64,000 bases of DNA from an uncultured Gemmatimonadales bacterium (GTDB lineage: Bacteria > Gemmatimonadota > Gemmatimonadetes > Gemmatimonadales > GWC2-71-9): the NCBI GenBank assembly GCA_963728705.1, contig CAVSLY010000021.1:77887-141886 (forward strand), in the 5' to 3' direction. A program made the translations under genes and the position numbers. Shown one piece after another: positions 33,013 to 40,470 of the stretch (positions are counted from its first letter, which is position 1; each line of letters opens with the position of its first letter). The notes beneath the pieces are model-generated. The model was not told the DNA's origin and searched no databases. It was given only the letters and a program-made list of their open reading frames with translations.

Positions 33013-33609
33013 ATGCGCGCTCGAACCGGCAAGCGGGTTCGTCTCTGTCTCGGCCTCCTCGTACCGGGCGCCGCAGTGGCGTTCGGTGCGGGGGAGGCAG
33101 GGGCGCAGGCCGGCACCGGGTCGCCAGCGCGGATCATCGCACTCGCGGCGACGAAGACGTCGCAGCTCAGCGTGGTCGTCGGGTCGGGGGCAGTGCAGAC
33201 CATCGCGGCCCTGACCGACAACGCCGTGAACAATTTCCCCGCCCCGGTGGTCATTACGACCTCGTGGGACGTGAATCCGGGGCAGACCAACACGGTGAAC
33301 CTGATGGCGTACTTCACGACGCCGGCCCAGGCGCTGGTCGGGCCGGCGACCCAGATCCCGGCCAGCCGAGTGCTGGGCCGGGTGACCACGGGCCTGCCGG
33401 TAGCGTTCACGGCGATCACTCAGAACGCCGTGGGCGGCGTGGGCACGGCGGGCGGGAGCCTCCGGCTCTTCGCCCAGAACATCACGGGCGTCAATAAGGT
33501 GGCGAACCGGACGGACAACCTCAACCTGCAGATCAACTTGACCGGCTTTCCCACGCTGGCGCCGGGGCTCTACAGCGGGACGCTCAACCTAAAGGCCGTG
33601 ACCCAGTAG
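33013..33609 (+). CDS. secreted fimbrial-subunit-like protein, paralog 2
   Basis: It starts 5 nt after paralog 1 and has a signal peptide (..AFGAGEAGAQA). Shared blocks: TSWDVNPGQT, AYFTTPAQALVGPATQIPASRVLG, GGSLRLFAQ, RTDNLNLQINLTGFP..GLYSGTLNLKAVTQ-stop. Confidence 0.6.
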   Translation: MRARTGKRVRLCLGLLVPGAAVAFGAGEAGAQAGTGSPARIIALAATKTSQLSVVVGSGAVQTIAALTDNAVNNFPAPVVITTSWDVNPGQTNTVNLMAYFTTPAQALVGPATQIPASRVLGRVTTGLPVAFTAITQNAVGGVGTAGGSLRLFAQNITGVNKVANRTDNLNLQINLTGFPTLAPGLYSGTLNLKAVTQ

Positions 33610-33722
33610 TCCGATAGTTTACCCCAGACCGAGGTGACATCCCGACCCGACCGATAGCCTGAGGAACCTGGCACGTGGCAGCCCGTGATGGCGACCGCCC
33701 GATTCTGGCCGTAAGTTCGGGC

Positions 33723-34295
33723 ATGTTCACTCGATGCGCTGCCCTGGCCGCGCTGGCCCTCTGGCCGGCACCGCTCGGAGCCCAGATCGGGCTCGCGTCC
33801 GCCACCGCGGCGATTGCTTTGTCGGCCACCAAGGTCGCGTCGGTGAGCGTCTCGCTTCCCGGCGGCAACTCCGCCTCCCTCCCAGGCGCCCTCGTCACCG
33901 GGCCGAACGATTTCACCCCCCTTGCCGTCGCTACGTCGTGGGATGTCGATCCGGCCCGCACTGCGGCAGTGTCCCTGGTGGCGTACTTCGACCAGCCCGC
34001 GCGGGCGCTCGTCGGCCCGCAAGCGGCAATCCCTTCGGCGTCGGTGTTCGGACGAGTCCCGACTGGCGGCCCCAAGAGCTTCGCGCCGTTCACGGGCGCG
34101 GCGGTCATGGCAGGCCCTGCGATGGCCGGCACGGCCGGCGGTACGCTGGTGCTCTTTACGCAGACGATCTCCGACGCCAACGCCCTGGGCGGCCGGAGCG
34201 ACGACTTGCAGGTGAGGATCGACCTGACCGGCGCGCCCGAACTGCCGGCCGGGAGTTACACGGGGACTCTCAACCTGCTGGTGATCACGCAATGA
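33723..34295 (+). CDS. secreted fimbrial-subunit-like protein, paralog 3
   Basis: The start is taken at MFTRCAALAALALWPAPLGAQ; the track ORF starts at 33675. Shared blocks: TSWDVDPART, AYFDQPARALVGPQAAIPSASVFG, GGTLVLFTQ, RSDDLQVRIDLTGAP..GSYTGTLNLLVITQ-stop. Confidence 0.6.
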   Translation: MFTRCAALAALALWPAPLGAQIGLASATAAIALSATKVASVSVSLPGGNSASLPGALVTGPNDFTPLAVATSWDVDPARTAAVSLVAYFDQPARALVGPQAAIPSASVFGRVPTGGPKSFAPFTGAAVMAGPAMAGTAGGTLVLFTQTISDANALGGRSDDLQVRIDLTGAPELPAGSYTGTLNLLVITQ

Positions 34296-34301
34296 GGCCC
34301 T

Positions 34302-35051
34302 ATGCGCGCGTCCCAGATCGACAACATTCATCTCCGGCGGTCGGTCCGCCGCGCTAGCCTCGCAGTCGGCGCCTTCGCCTGCCTTGCCGCCCCGCGCGCG
34401 CTGTCCGCTCAGACCGTCAGTCCCCCCATCGCCGAATATCAGGAACGCGCCCGCTCGAGCTTCCAGCTCATCAACTCGACCATCTTCCCGCTGAGCGTCG
34501 TCCTCGAAGTGCACGGATTCAACGTCACCGAGCAGGGCGAAGTGCAGGAAGTCCCGCTCGACAGCGCCAAGGTGCGCGTGAAGCTGTCGGCCATGAGCTT
34601 TCGCATCCCGCCGCGCCAGACCTACACCGTGTTCTACGAAGCGACGGCCGACAGCGTCCCCGCATGGTTCAACATCGTGAGCGCCATGACCGGCGCCAAG
34701 ACCGAGAGCGGCCTCAACGTCCGGATCCTGCTGCCGCACGTGGTGTACCTCAACCAGAAGGAGTCGCTCAAGAAGGAGCAGGTGGCCCTGCGCGCGTTCG
34801 AGATGGATACGGCAACCGGGAAGCTTCGCCTCCAGCTCGAGAACCTTGGTCCCAACCTCGGCCGGGTGCAGCAGGTGTCCGTCACGGCGGGGAAGACCAC
34901 CAGTGTGCCAGGCGCGGGATTCCCCCTGTTCCCCCACATGCTCCGCTGGACCGAGGTGGATTGGCCGAAGGGCCTCACGCCCGAGCGGCTGACGGTCCGT
35001 TTCGCGCGCTTCAGCATGGACACGGTGCTGGCCGCGCCGCCGTCGCCCTAG
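34302..35051 (+). CDS. periplasmic chaperone-like protein (two beta-rich lobes), family not recognised
   Basis: It starts 6 nt after paralog 3 and has a signal peptide (..CLAAPRALSAQ). Two segments are reminiscent of PapD-like lobes (SSFQLINSTIFPLSVVLEV..FRIPPRQTYTVFY and LRLQLENLGPNLGRVQQVSV). The functional call is an inference. Confidence 0.45.
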   Translation: MRASQIDNIHLRRSVRRASLAVGAFACLAAPRALSAQTVSPPIAEYQERARSSFQLINSTIFPLSVVLEVHGFNVTEQGEVQEVPLDSAKVRVKLSAMSFRIPPRQTYTVFYEATADSVPAWFNIVSAMTGAKTESGLNVRILLPHVVYLNQKESLKKEQVALRAFEMDTATGKLRLQLENLGPNLGRVQQVSVTAGKTTSVPGAGFPLFPHMLRWTEVDWPKGLTPERLTVRFARFSMDTVLAAPPSP

Positions 35052-35054
35052 GCC

Positions 35055-37037
35055 ATGGCCGCCCGCCGGACGCGCACGACCATCGCCTGCGCCGCCGCGA
35101 TCTTCGCAGCGGCGCTCGGCGCGTCCGGGACCGCGGTGGCGCAGACGGTGGTCGAGGTGCAGGGCGGCGGGTCGTCGCTCGTGAACGGCTACGGCGCCAC
35201 CGCGAACTTCTGGCGCAACGGGACGGACGGGTGGGTGGGCCTCGGCTATCTCGACGGGCTCCGCATCGGCGCGTTTCTCCGGACCGCTGTCGGCAAGGAC
35301 ACGGTGCGGCTCGGCAACGATGCGCTGGTGATACGCTTCCCGACCGACCTGTTCAGCGGCGGCTACAACCTCCTCGTGCAAGGCGTGAGCGTCGGCGGCG
35401 GTTCATCCGACCGGTCGTATCTCGCTTTCGCCGGCGCCAGCTCGAGCAGCCTGGCCGCTCCCTCGTTCCAGGCTACCCGCATCGACAAGCCGCTGGGCGC
35501 GCTGTTCGTGCAGCGCCGGATCTCGCCTACGGTGCGGCTCACCGGCAACGTGCTCGTCGCGCGGCGCCAGACGGTGATGCCCGGCGTGCAATGGCAGGCG
35601 ACGCCTGATCTGACAACGGCCCTCGTGGCCGGCACCGGCGCGGGCAGCTTGTACGCGGCCGGGGCGGCGACTCTTCGGCGAGGGCCTCTGGGCATCCAGG
35701 CCATGTACGCCTGGAACCCCGACCGGTTCCGCCGGGCCGATGTCCCTGGCCCGACGCAGACGGAAGCGGAGCGGGAAAACGTCTCGGTGACCTACGACAT
35801 CGGCTCGGCGTTCCAGATCGGCGCCGCCCGGCAGCACTTCCTGCAGGACTCAGCCGACGGGACGGCGCCCGTGCGGGCCACAGGCAACTCGGCCTTCGCC
35901 AGCGGTCGCGTGCACGACTTGCGCATCACAGGAGGGTTGTACGACTCGCGCTCCGAGGGCATCAGCAACTTGAGCTCCTACCTAGCCGTCGGGCGCGAAG
36001 TGACGCGGTGGTTGGACGCGGAGCTGTTCCTCCTGCAAAGCCGGCCGTCCGGTCGCGCGTCGAGCACGACGCCGATCGTGAACCTGCGGTGGCGGGTCTC
36101 GCCCCGCGTGCGGCTGATGCAGCAGATCTCGGTGCACGACCACCGGCCGACCATCCTGTTCGGCGCCAACCTGATCACCGCGCTCGGCGAGTTCGGCGCC
36201 GACTATCAGATCGTCCATCAGCCGTTCCAGCCATTCAAACCGTTCCGAAGCACGCTCAATCTCACCGCGCGACTGCAGCTCGGCCGCTACTCGACGAACC
36301 TGGGCACCTATGTGCGGCCGGATGGCTCGGTCGACTACTCGGCCTCGGGCAGCACGTTTCTCTACATGGGCGCGTTCGGCGGCGTGCAGCCCCAGCAGCT
36401 CGGTCAGAGCCTTGGCCGCTACGTGGTGCGTGGGGTCGTGCGCGACGAGGAAGGGCAGCCGGTCGAGGGCGCGGCCGTGGAGCTGAGCGGCGAGATGGCT
36501 TTCACCAACTCGCGTGGCGAATTCTTCGTTCGGGTGCGGCGGCCACAGCGGTACGCCCTCACGATCCCGCTCGATGACTTCTTGCTGCCCGGCCACTGGG
36601 AGATCGTCACCGCACCCTCCGAGACGATCGCGGAGTCGGAGGATCGTGCGCAGGCAGTCGAGATCATCCTGCGGCGGGTGCGGCCGGCGCCGCCGACGAT
36701 TCCACCGCCCGCGGCGCCCGCCGCGCCTGCGATGCCTGCGGATACCGGGGTGTGGCACAGCGCGGACACCCTCCATCGGGTGAGCACTGCGGCGCCTCCG
36801 GCGGAGTTGCCGAGGCTGGTTGTGCGGTTCCAGACGGGGCGGCCGGCGGTCGAGTGTGCCTCACGGAGGTTGTTGCTGCAGGCGTCGGACGATTCCCTTC
36901 GCGGCGACAACCGGCTGGATGCCCACCTTGGCTGGCATGCTCGCCCTGCCCGGCCCGTCACCCTGAGCGCAGCGAAGGGGACATGCCTCAAGGCATGCCC
37001 CCTTCCCTGCGCTCAGGGTGACTCAGAAAGCGACTGA
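35055..37037 (+). CDS. outer-membrane beta-barrel-like protein with C-terminal carboxypeptidase-regulatory-like domain; 3' end uncertain
   Basis: It starts 3 nt after the previous stop and has a signal peptide (AAALGASGTAVAQ). A long alternating beta-type sequence follows, then YVVRGVVRDEEGQPVEGAAVELSG..FFVRV. The last roughly 110 codons are Pro/Ala/Arg-rich and run through the palindrome at 36957-37022, so the real stop may lie upstream. Confidence 0.5.
   Translation: MAARRTRTTIACAAAIFAAALGASGTAVAQTVVEVQGGGSSLVNGYGATANFWRNGTDGWVGLGYLDGLRIGAFLRTAVGKDTVRLGNDALVIRFPTDLFSGGYNLLVQGVSVGGGSSDRSYLAFAGASSSSLAAPSFQATRIDKPLGALFVQRRISPTVRLTGNVLVARRQTVMPGVQWQATPDLTTALVAGTGAGSLYAAGAATLRRGPLGIQAMYAWNPDRFRRADVPGPTQTEAERENVSVTYDIGSAFQIGAARQHFLQDSADGTAPVRATGNSAFASGRVHDLRITGGLYDSRSEGISNLSSYLAVGREVTRWLDAELFLLQSRPSGRASSTTPIVNLRWRVSPRVRLMQQISVHDHRPTILFGANLITALGEFGADYQIVHQPFQPFKPFRSTLNLTARLQLGRYSTNLGTYVRPDGSVDYSASGSTFLYMGAFGGVQPQQLGQSLGRYVVRGVVRDEEGQPVEGAAVELSGEMAFTNSRGEFFVRVRRPQRYALTIPLDDFLLPGHWEIVTAPSETIAESEDRAQAVEIILRRVRPAPPTIPPPAAPAAPAMPADTGVWHSADTLHRVSTAAPPAELPRLVVRFQTGRPAVECASRRLLLQASDDSLRGDNRLDAHLGWHARPARPVTLSAAKGTCLKACPLPCAQGDSESD
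36957..37022. repeat. 31-bp-arm palindromic (REP-like) element, likely bidirectional terminator
   Basis: The sequence is GTCACCCTGAGCGCAGCGAAGGGGACATGCC-tcaa-GGCATGCCCCCTTCCCTGCGCTCAGGGTGAC. It lies between convergent genes. The core GAAGGGG(A/G)CATGCC recurs at 45044-45089. Confidence 0.8.
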
Positions 37038-37047
37038 CGCTCGGCCG

Positions 37048-37719
37048 TTACGGCATCGCCACCTGATCGGTCGCGATCGCCGCATGGTCGATCACCAGCG
37101 CCACGCGCCGGTTCTCGATGCCCTCGTCGCCGGGGCCCTTGGCTCCAGCCACAACCTGCCGCTTCTTCACCTCGCCGTAACTCACGGCTTTGAGCGTCTC
37201 GCTGGTGAACCCACCGGCGGTCGCCAGGTATTCCTTGACCGCATCGGCGCGTCGCTGGCCGAGCCGCTGGTTGTAGGCCGCGCTGCCCGCGGGATCGGTG
37301 AAACCCTCCACCGTGACGAGGGCGCCCGGGTAGTACTCTCTCACCACCGAGGCGAACCGGTCGAGCACCGGCCGATCGGCCTCACGCAGCTCGCTGCTGG
37401 CGAACTCGAAGTGAACCGGCATGTCGAACTTGAGCATGCCCTTCATCTTCTCCATGCTCACGTTGTACTCGCTTCGAAAGGCCTGCAGTTCCTGCTCGAG
37501 CCCATCGAGCCTGCGTGCGTGATCGGCGACGGCCTGATTGGTCGAGTCGATCCGGGTCCCCGCCTGTCGGTCGCCGGCTTGCATCTCTTCGCGAAGCTTC
37601 GCGACCTCCGCCGTGTACTCGTCCCGCCGGACCTTGGCGGCACACCCGCTCAATCCGAGCAGCAGGCCGACCGCTCCGAGCGCGGTAGCTGCCTGCACGC
37701 CGCGATGTCGCGTAACCAT
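37048..37719 (-). CDS. OmpA-family peptidoglycan-associated lipoprotein with coiled-coil region
   Basis: The ATG at 37719 is preceded by GGAGG. A lipobox is present (LLLGLSGCAAK). The OmpA_C motifs are FEFASSELREADRPVLD..VTVEGFTDPAGSAAYNQRLGQRRADAVKEYL..ENRRVALVI. Confidence 0.85.
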   Translation of the reverse strand: MVTRHRGVQAATALGAVGLLLGLSGCAAKVRRDEYTAEVAKLREEMQAGDRQAGTRIDSTNQAVADHARRLDGLEQELQAFRSEYNVSMEKMKGMLKFDMPVHFEFASSELREADRPVLDRFASVVREYYPGALVTVEGFTDPAGSAAYNQRLGQRRADAVKEYLATAGGFTSETLKAVSYGEVKKRQVVAGAKGPGDEGIENRRVALVIDHAAIATDQVAMP

Positions 37720-37842
37720 CGGGACCTCCGCTGGAATGATGGACATTGTAGATGGCGACGCCCGAGGCGAGCGCCCATCCTCAACGTCTAGGCCCGGACC
37801 GGCCAGCGGCGGTGATCCGCATCACACGGCGGCGGAGGAGGC

Positions 37843-38292
37843 CTACTGGACGCCGAGGACCTCGACGTCGAAAACCAGCGTGGCGCCGGGCGGAATGTCA
37901 GGCGGGGCGCCGGCGTCGCCGTAGGCCATCGAGGGCGGCAGCACCAGCTTCCGGCGGCCGCCCACCTTCATGCCCTTGACCCCTTCATCCCACCCCGTAA
38001 TCACCTGCCCCGCCCCGAGCGTGAAGGCGAAGGGCTCACCCCGGTCGCGGCTGCTGTCGAACTTCTTCCCGTTGGGCAACCAGCCGGTGTAGTGCACTCG
38101 GACGGTGCGGCCGGGCTCCGCTTCGGCGCCCTGGCCGGCGGCCACGTCGGTGTACCAGAGCCCCGACGGGGCCTTGGTCATCGTGGTGGTATCCACGCCC
38201 AGATCGGCGCTGAAGCCGACGCCTTTCGCGTCGCCGCTCGAGCCACATGCGGCGGCCAGCGCGAGCCAAGGGAGGAGAGCGAGACGATGCAT
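37843..38292 (-). CDS. FKBP-type peptidyl-prolyl cis-trans isomerase (lipoprotein)
   Basis: The N-terminus is [19 protein letters not shown]. The FKBP domain reads [73 protein letters not shown]-stop. Confidence 0.9.
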   Translation of the reverse strand: MHRLALLPWLALAAACGSSGDAKGVGFSADLGVDTTTMTKAPSGLWYTDVAAGQGAEAEPGRTVRVHYTGWLPNGKKFDSSRDRGEPFAFTLGAGQVITGWDEGVKGMKVGGRRKLVLPPSMAYGDAGAPPDIPPGATLVFDVEVLGVQ

Positions 38293-38332
38293 GCGGGCTC
38301 CGCGAGAAAGAGGAGAAGAGGCCATCAACAAC

Positions 38333-38356
38333 GAGGCCGACCCGAAGGTCGGCCTC
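38333..38356 (-). terminator. stem-loop downstream of tRNA-Pro
   Basis: The hairpin is GAGGCCGACC-cgaa-GGTCGGCCTC. On the minus strand it is followed by GTTGTTG, only a weak U-tract. Confidence 0.5.
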
Positions 38357-38363
38357 GCACGAA

Positions 38364-38437
38364 TCGGGACGGCGGGATTTGAACCCGCGACCCCTGCAAC
38401 CCCATTGCAGTGCGCTACCGGACTGCGCTACGTCCCG
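38364..38437 (-). tRNA. tRNA-Pro (anticodon GGG)
   Basis: The reverse complement is CGGGACGTAGCGCAGTCCGGTAGCGCACTGCAATGGGGTTGCAGGGGTCGCGGGTTCAAATCCCGCCGTCCCGA. It folds by eye as a cloverleaf with anticodon loop ATGGGGT, a GTTCAAATC T-loop and a 7-bp acceptor stem. Confidence 0.9.
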
Positions 38438-38731
38438 TTTGTGCGAGGCGGAAGTCTAGCCGTCGGCCATCGTCGGCGGAAGGGGCGCAGGTGGACCGAT
38501 TGGGCCACGGCGTTCCACGGGCAGCTGCTGCGATTGGAGCAGCCTCCTGGACCGCCTCCTGGTCGGCCTCGCTCGGCCTGGGCCCCACCCGTGACCCGCC
38601 CCACCTCAGCTGTCCCCGCATCATTCCGATACTTAGGAGGCCCCCGGACCAGGCACCACCAGGTTGGGCCCGGCATTTGCGAATGGTATCCCTGCTCGCA
38701 GGCCACCCACGCTGGAACGAAGGAGACCGAG

Positions 38732-38917
38732 ATGAGCCTCGATGATGGGCGGCCCTGGGAGGGCAGCGGTGAGGACCTCCCGTGGGATTCGCCGGACGAG
38801 TCATGGGAGCCCGCCGACACCGAGGCGTGGCGTGGAGAGCTCCACCTTGGGGAATGGCCGGAAAGCTTGGCCGGCCCAGAATACTGGCTGTACAAGAAGG
38901 AGCAGGGTGATGACTAG
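38732..38917 (+). CDS. small acidic Trp-rich hypothetical protein (61 aa)
   Basis: The ATG is preceded by AAGGAG. The sequence is MSLDDGRPWEGSGEDLPWDSPDESWEPADTEAWRGELHLGEWPESLAGPEYWLYKKEQGDD. A clean terminator follows. I recognise no family. Confidence 0.45.
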   Translation: MSLDDGRPWEGSGEDLPWDSPDESWEPADTEAWRGELHLGEWPESLAGPEYWLYKKEQGDD

Positions 38918-38944
38918 CACCCTCAGTTGTGGGGCATCCTGAGC

Positions 38945-38977
38945 GGGGCCGGAACACCTTCCGGCCCCGTTCATTTT
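38945..38977 (+). terminator. rho-independent terminator
   Basis: The hairpin is GGGGCCGGAA-cacc-TTCCGGCCCC, followed by GTTCATTTT. Confidence 0.75.
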
Positions 38978-39042
38978 ACCCCCTGAACGAATCCCGAAGA
39001 CACCCCGGCGTAAGCCATTGTCCGGTGGGAACATAGGCCCTG

Positions 39043-39070
39043 TTGACACAGCCTAAGTTATTGCTATATT
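39043..39070 (+). promoter_or_regulatory. near-consensus sigma70 promoter (TTGACA-16 nt-TATATT)
   Basis: TTGACA is at 39043-39048 and TATATT at 39065-39070. It sits in a locally AT-rich patch about 170 nt upstream of ATG 39244. Confidence 0.6.
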
Positions 39071-39243
39071 AGATGTTACGTTGAGTCCATGGAAAAGTCC
39101 CGCTGTCGCTTGCCAGGCACCACCGCCTCAGGGAAGCCGCGCTACCATCCTCGATTCAGCGAAGCGAACGATCCCGCCCTGCGGGATCACCCAGACCCGG
39201 AGGGGCCGCCCGTCGGCGGTCCCATGCACAGGAGAGTGGAAGG

Positions 39244-40290
39244 ATGTCCGAAACGACGCAGCACCCCGACGAAGTGGTGGTCCCCGCGCCGCAACCTTGG
39301 GATCCGTTTCAGTTGATGGACCGGTTGGACGAAGAGGCGCTCCGAAAGGAACTCGAAGGGGTCGCCGGCACTGACCTCGTCTACGTGGTGAAGGAGGGTG
39401 GCCAGGAGGTGGTGGGCCTCTCTAAGACCGGAGTGGACGAATGCTGCCTGGCGCTGGTGGCGCAGGGCCAGGTCATTCGCGAGGAGGACCTGCAGTACGA
39501 GGTTGTCGGTGATGGTGAGGACCGGGAGGCGCTCTTCAAGGTGAAGGCTGCGCGTTTCGCCGTCTCGCCCGCCGGGCAGGAGGTCCGCCTGGACCAGGTC
39601 ATCGGCGTCAAGCGCCAAGCTCTCTACTACGAGCCGGCGCGACTCGACCTCGATGCCCGGGTACCGAGCAAGAAGTACAAGGGCCGCACGTATCGCGAGT
39701 TGCTCGCGTCCGATGAGGGGCGGGATTACCTCGGCTGGATGGCGGAGAATTTCGCCGAGCCGGCCATCCGCGACTTCGTCCGCCGGATCCTGGCGGGCGA
39801 GGAGATCAGCGGCCAACGCGAGCGCCAGCTCAACCCGCACTGGTACGAGGCCGGCGCCATGAAGGCGGCGCGCAACGCGCGGTTCCGTCTCATTCCCGGC
39901 AGCGTGCGCGCGCAGATCATCGCGACCGCGCGGCAGGGTGGCCAGGCGCGCGTCGTCGAGGCACAGGCCGGGGCGCTCCGTGGCGTCTCGAAAGCCGCCC
40001 TCACCCAACCCGCGGCACCAATTGCCGCGCCATCCCCGACCCCTGCCTCACCGGCTCAGGAGCCGCTCGCGGAGGTGGTGGCGCGCGCAGGCGCCTATGC
40101 ACCTACGGAGAAGCAGGTAGCGTTCTACCAGCGGTTGGCCGAGTCGCCGGTCTTCACCGAGGACGAGCGCCGACGCGCGCTCGAGTGGCTCGCCACCAGG
40201 GCCACCCGGCAGACGATCAAGGACCAGATCGACTGGCTCAAGCGCCAGGTGGAAACTCGCCGGGCAAGTCGAGGTCAGTCGGCGGCCTGA
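39244..40290 (+). CDS. hypothetical protein (N-terminal alpha/beta domain, Pro/Ala linker, small C-terminal helical domain)
   Basis: Intact 348-aa ORF. I cannot assign a family. The linker reads TQPAAPIAAPSPTPASPAQEP. The C-terminal module reads TEKQVAFYQRLAESPVFTEDERRRALEWLATRATRQTIKDQIDWLKRQ. Confidence 0.6.
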   Translation: MSETTQHPDEVVVPAPQPWDPFQLMDRLDEEALRKELEGVAGTDLVYVVKEGGQEVVGLSKTGVDECCLALVAQGQVIREEDLQYEVVGDGEDREALFKVKAARFAVSPAGQEVRLDQVIGVKRQALYYEPARLDLDARVPSKKYKGRTYRELLASDEGRDYLGWMAENFAEPAIRDFVRRILAGEEISGQRERQLNPHWYEAGAMKAARNARFRLIPGSVRAQIIATARQGGQARVVEAQAGALRGVSKAALTQPAAPIAAPSPTPASPAQEPLAEVVARAGAYAPTEKQVAFYQRLAESPVFTEDERRRALEWLATRATRQTIKDQIDWLKRQVETRRASRGQSAA

Positions 40291-40385
40291 CGTTTCCGGG
40301 ACTTCGGCCCGGTCTCGCGAGGCGGGGGATTGGTGGCGCCACTGCGTTGTCCTGTGGCGCTGCCGATCCCCCGTGTCGCTGCACC

Positions 40386-40470
40386 CTGTCCCTTCTTTCC
40401 CTCGTTCCCTCATTCCCTCATTCCGCCTTTCCGTCCTTCCGTCCTTCCGTCCCTCGTCCCGCCCCCTACC
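40386..40470. repeat. second copy of the purine-rich 9-mer tract (pyrimidine strand shown on +), no complementary arm
   Basis: The plus strand reads ..CCTCATTCCCTCATTCCGCCTTTCCGTCCTTCCGTCCTTCCGTCCCTCGTCCCGCCCCC. On the minus strand this reads GGGGGCGGGACGAGGGACGGAAGGACGGAAGGACGG.., starting directly after the MFS gene stop. Confidence 0.75.

Noticed and set aside
36690-37037. Pro/Ala-rich C-terminal extension of the 660-aa barrel protein as a functional domain
   Set aside because: The tail is compositionally like non-coding GC-rich DNA and runs straight through the palindromic repeat. It is more likely read-through, possibly after a missed stop or an indel. I kept the ORF end as given but flagged it as uncertain.
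38364-40300. tRNA-Pro-associated integrative element
   Set aside because: No integrase or recombinase gene is present. I found no direct repeat of the tRNA 3' end. The odd locus lies on the 5' side of the tRNA rather than at its 3' end. It is kept only as an orphan-locus observation.
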